This document shows, in pieces, positions 62,021 to 64,000 of a stretch of 64,000 nucleotides of DNA (positions within the stretch are counted from its first letter, which is position 1; each line of letters starts with the position of its first letter). The stretch lies in assembly GCF_009914755.1 (NCBI RefSeq), contig NC_060929.1, one strand, 5' to 3'. The position numbers and the translations under genes were made by a program. The notes beneath the pieces are model-generated. The model had not been told where the DNA came from and searched no databases. It worked only from the letters and a program-made list of their open reading frames with translations. The stretch comes from the human T2T-CHM13v2.0 reference genome, Homo sapiens.

Positions 62021-63379
62021 AAATCAGACATTTTAAAGGTATCTGTCAATTGCATAATAATCTAAAAATATTTACATAAATGTGATAATGAGAGATGAGA
62101 GTGATTTAGATCTGGGGGGTCATGCAAAATAAAGCTTCTCAAACTCAGCAGAATTTCAACAATTATCCAAGGTTGACAGTCTTAAAAATACAAATAGAGA
62201 CTGCACACTAATAAATATGAAGCTCTTAAAATCTGGCTTTAAGATAATGCCACACAGACCATTGACAGTTAGCAAATGAAATAAAAGAGTCTGAGTATCT
62301 GGAAGCAAAAGAGAGGAGATTTTGAAATATATCTTATAATTTGGTGAAGTTGACAGTAAAAAAAAAAGCTGCATTATTTTCGAAGGTCCATTAAACTTGA
62401 AAAGTAACAACACAAATCTACAATCTAATTACACAATTAAAATTAGTACAAGAAGATATACAATTATTTTATAACTTCTGGATTTCTACTGGGCTTTTTA
62501 TTTCCTCCACTGGTTTTGTCTTTCATTGGGAAGGAAAATTTCAATGGTTTATCTTATAAACACCAGGTGTGAGTGAACATTCACTGGGCAACTGTACAGG
62601 ACATAATACACCCCTCATAACACCTCCCTATCAAGGCTTTTGTTATAGATCACTGCCAATCTCTGTGAAAACAGGAACCATATTGCAAAGATCAGCAGTC
62701 ATACAGTTTTCCTTAACAAATTCAAATACTACATCGTAAGTCTACGAGGTGTGTGCCAAAGGTGTTATCCAATATACTGAGTGGTAAATAGCAAAGCCCT
62801 CCCCATCAGATTTTCTCAACTTGGAAGGAATTAGGGAAGCCATTGAAATGAATGCAGAATGGTTTGCAGAACCGTAAATAATCATGGTAGAATCTACAAA
62901 TGTAACACTAGCTACCCCTTGTAAAATTATCTGTGCTCCTGCCAAGGGAACTCACACTCCAGTGGAGTGCAGAGCAGTAGAAATACATTTACCTTTCTTA
63001 TGAAGACAAGAAAAAAGATCAGCCTAGTGCTTTCTATAAACAATAATACAAGTGAGAAGAAAGTGATTGAGGGAGACAAAACAGGATGGGAAAGGAAAAA
63101 AAGGAAAGGTTTGAGCACGCCTGTGTGTGCACTCAGAATAAACAGCTCGGATTAAGGTGAAAGACTTGCAGCAGCTGCTGCCATGGTCTATTTCTACTGA
63201 ATGGCAACAGGGAGGGAACAAGGGGAGGCAGATAGAGCTAACCTTTATTGAGCACCTACTATTCCATGCTGGGTACCTGAAATACCATGTGTTTGGATCA
63301 GCTCACTCGTTTCTCATAGCAACCAGTGACATTGGTGTTTGAGTTGTTGTTTTGTTCCTTGTATCAGAGCTGTGCAACT

Positions 63380-63580
63380 TGAACTAGAAAGATCACTGTC
63401 CTGCCATTTTCTAATCAAGTAATCTTGAACCGACGAGTCAGTAAATGTCTTTAGCTTCCTAATTTTTTAAAATAAGGGAATAACAGCTGTCTTTGAAGGG
63501 ATTGGGTATAGACTGGGCACAAATATAGGTAAAGTATTTAGCACAGTGACTGCCCAGAGTAGGTGCTCAAAAATTGGTAG
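63380..63580 (+). mobile_element. MIR (diverged)
   Basis: gtaaagtatttagcacagtgactgcccagagtaggtgctcaaaaa 3' motif. Confidence 0.55.
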
Positions 63581-64000
63581 CTTTATGAATAAAATTTATA
63601 ACTACTTAATAGAAAGCTGTAATATGTGAATAACTTTTTAAAAAAAATGGAAGTCTCATGCTAAAGCCCTGAACAATCCTTCCTTCCCGTAAGTACCTTC
63701 ATAACTTTTGGGGGTCTATTTTACCCAAATTATTATTTTATTTTTGGTAGAGTAGCCCAATTTTAGAAACTTTTCCCCCATATATGTAGGGTTGGAGGGT
63801 AATTGAAGACATGATGATAGGGTCCCACACTATGTTTTTCATTTGTGGTTTCAACTTGGTGTATATCTTGCTTGGTTGCCTTTCATAATATATGTTCTTG
63901 TCATTTTGTTAAAAAATGGCTCTTCAACACAAAGTGAGTGCTTTTATGGGTTCAGGATAATTTGCACAGTCACTGAGCAACTGCCAAATGGTGAGCATCA

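Overview
Primate (very likely human) genomic DNA, not prokaryotic. The window holds the 3' end of ARL15 on the minus strand: the last coding exon at 30064-30216 (IKKYFELEPLARGKRWILQPCSLDDMDALKDSFSQLINLLEEKDHEAVRM*), a ~2.6 kb 3' UTR with two AATAAA signals, and ~34 kb of its last intron. Downstream lies a full-length processed argininosuccinate synthase (ASS1) pseudogene at ~2868-4452, probably ASS1P9 on 5q11.2 (from recall). It is inserted inside a MER45B DNA transposon. A U6 snRNA retrocopy lies at 55545-55643. The rest is about 30 Alus, ERV LTRs, hAT and Tigger MITEs, L1 and MIR fragments, and microsatellites. I found no convincing novel multi-gene system. The most interesting observations are a candidate poison exon of ARL15 overlapping a long non-repeat ORF, a G-quadruplex tract confined to the long 3' UTR isoform, several fold-back or templated-insertion repair scars, and pseudogene substitutions that mimic citrullinemia alleles. 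Repeat boundaries and subfamilies were read by eye and are approximate.
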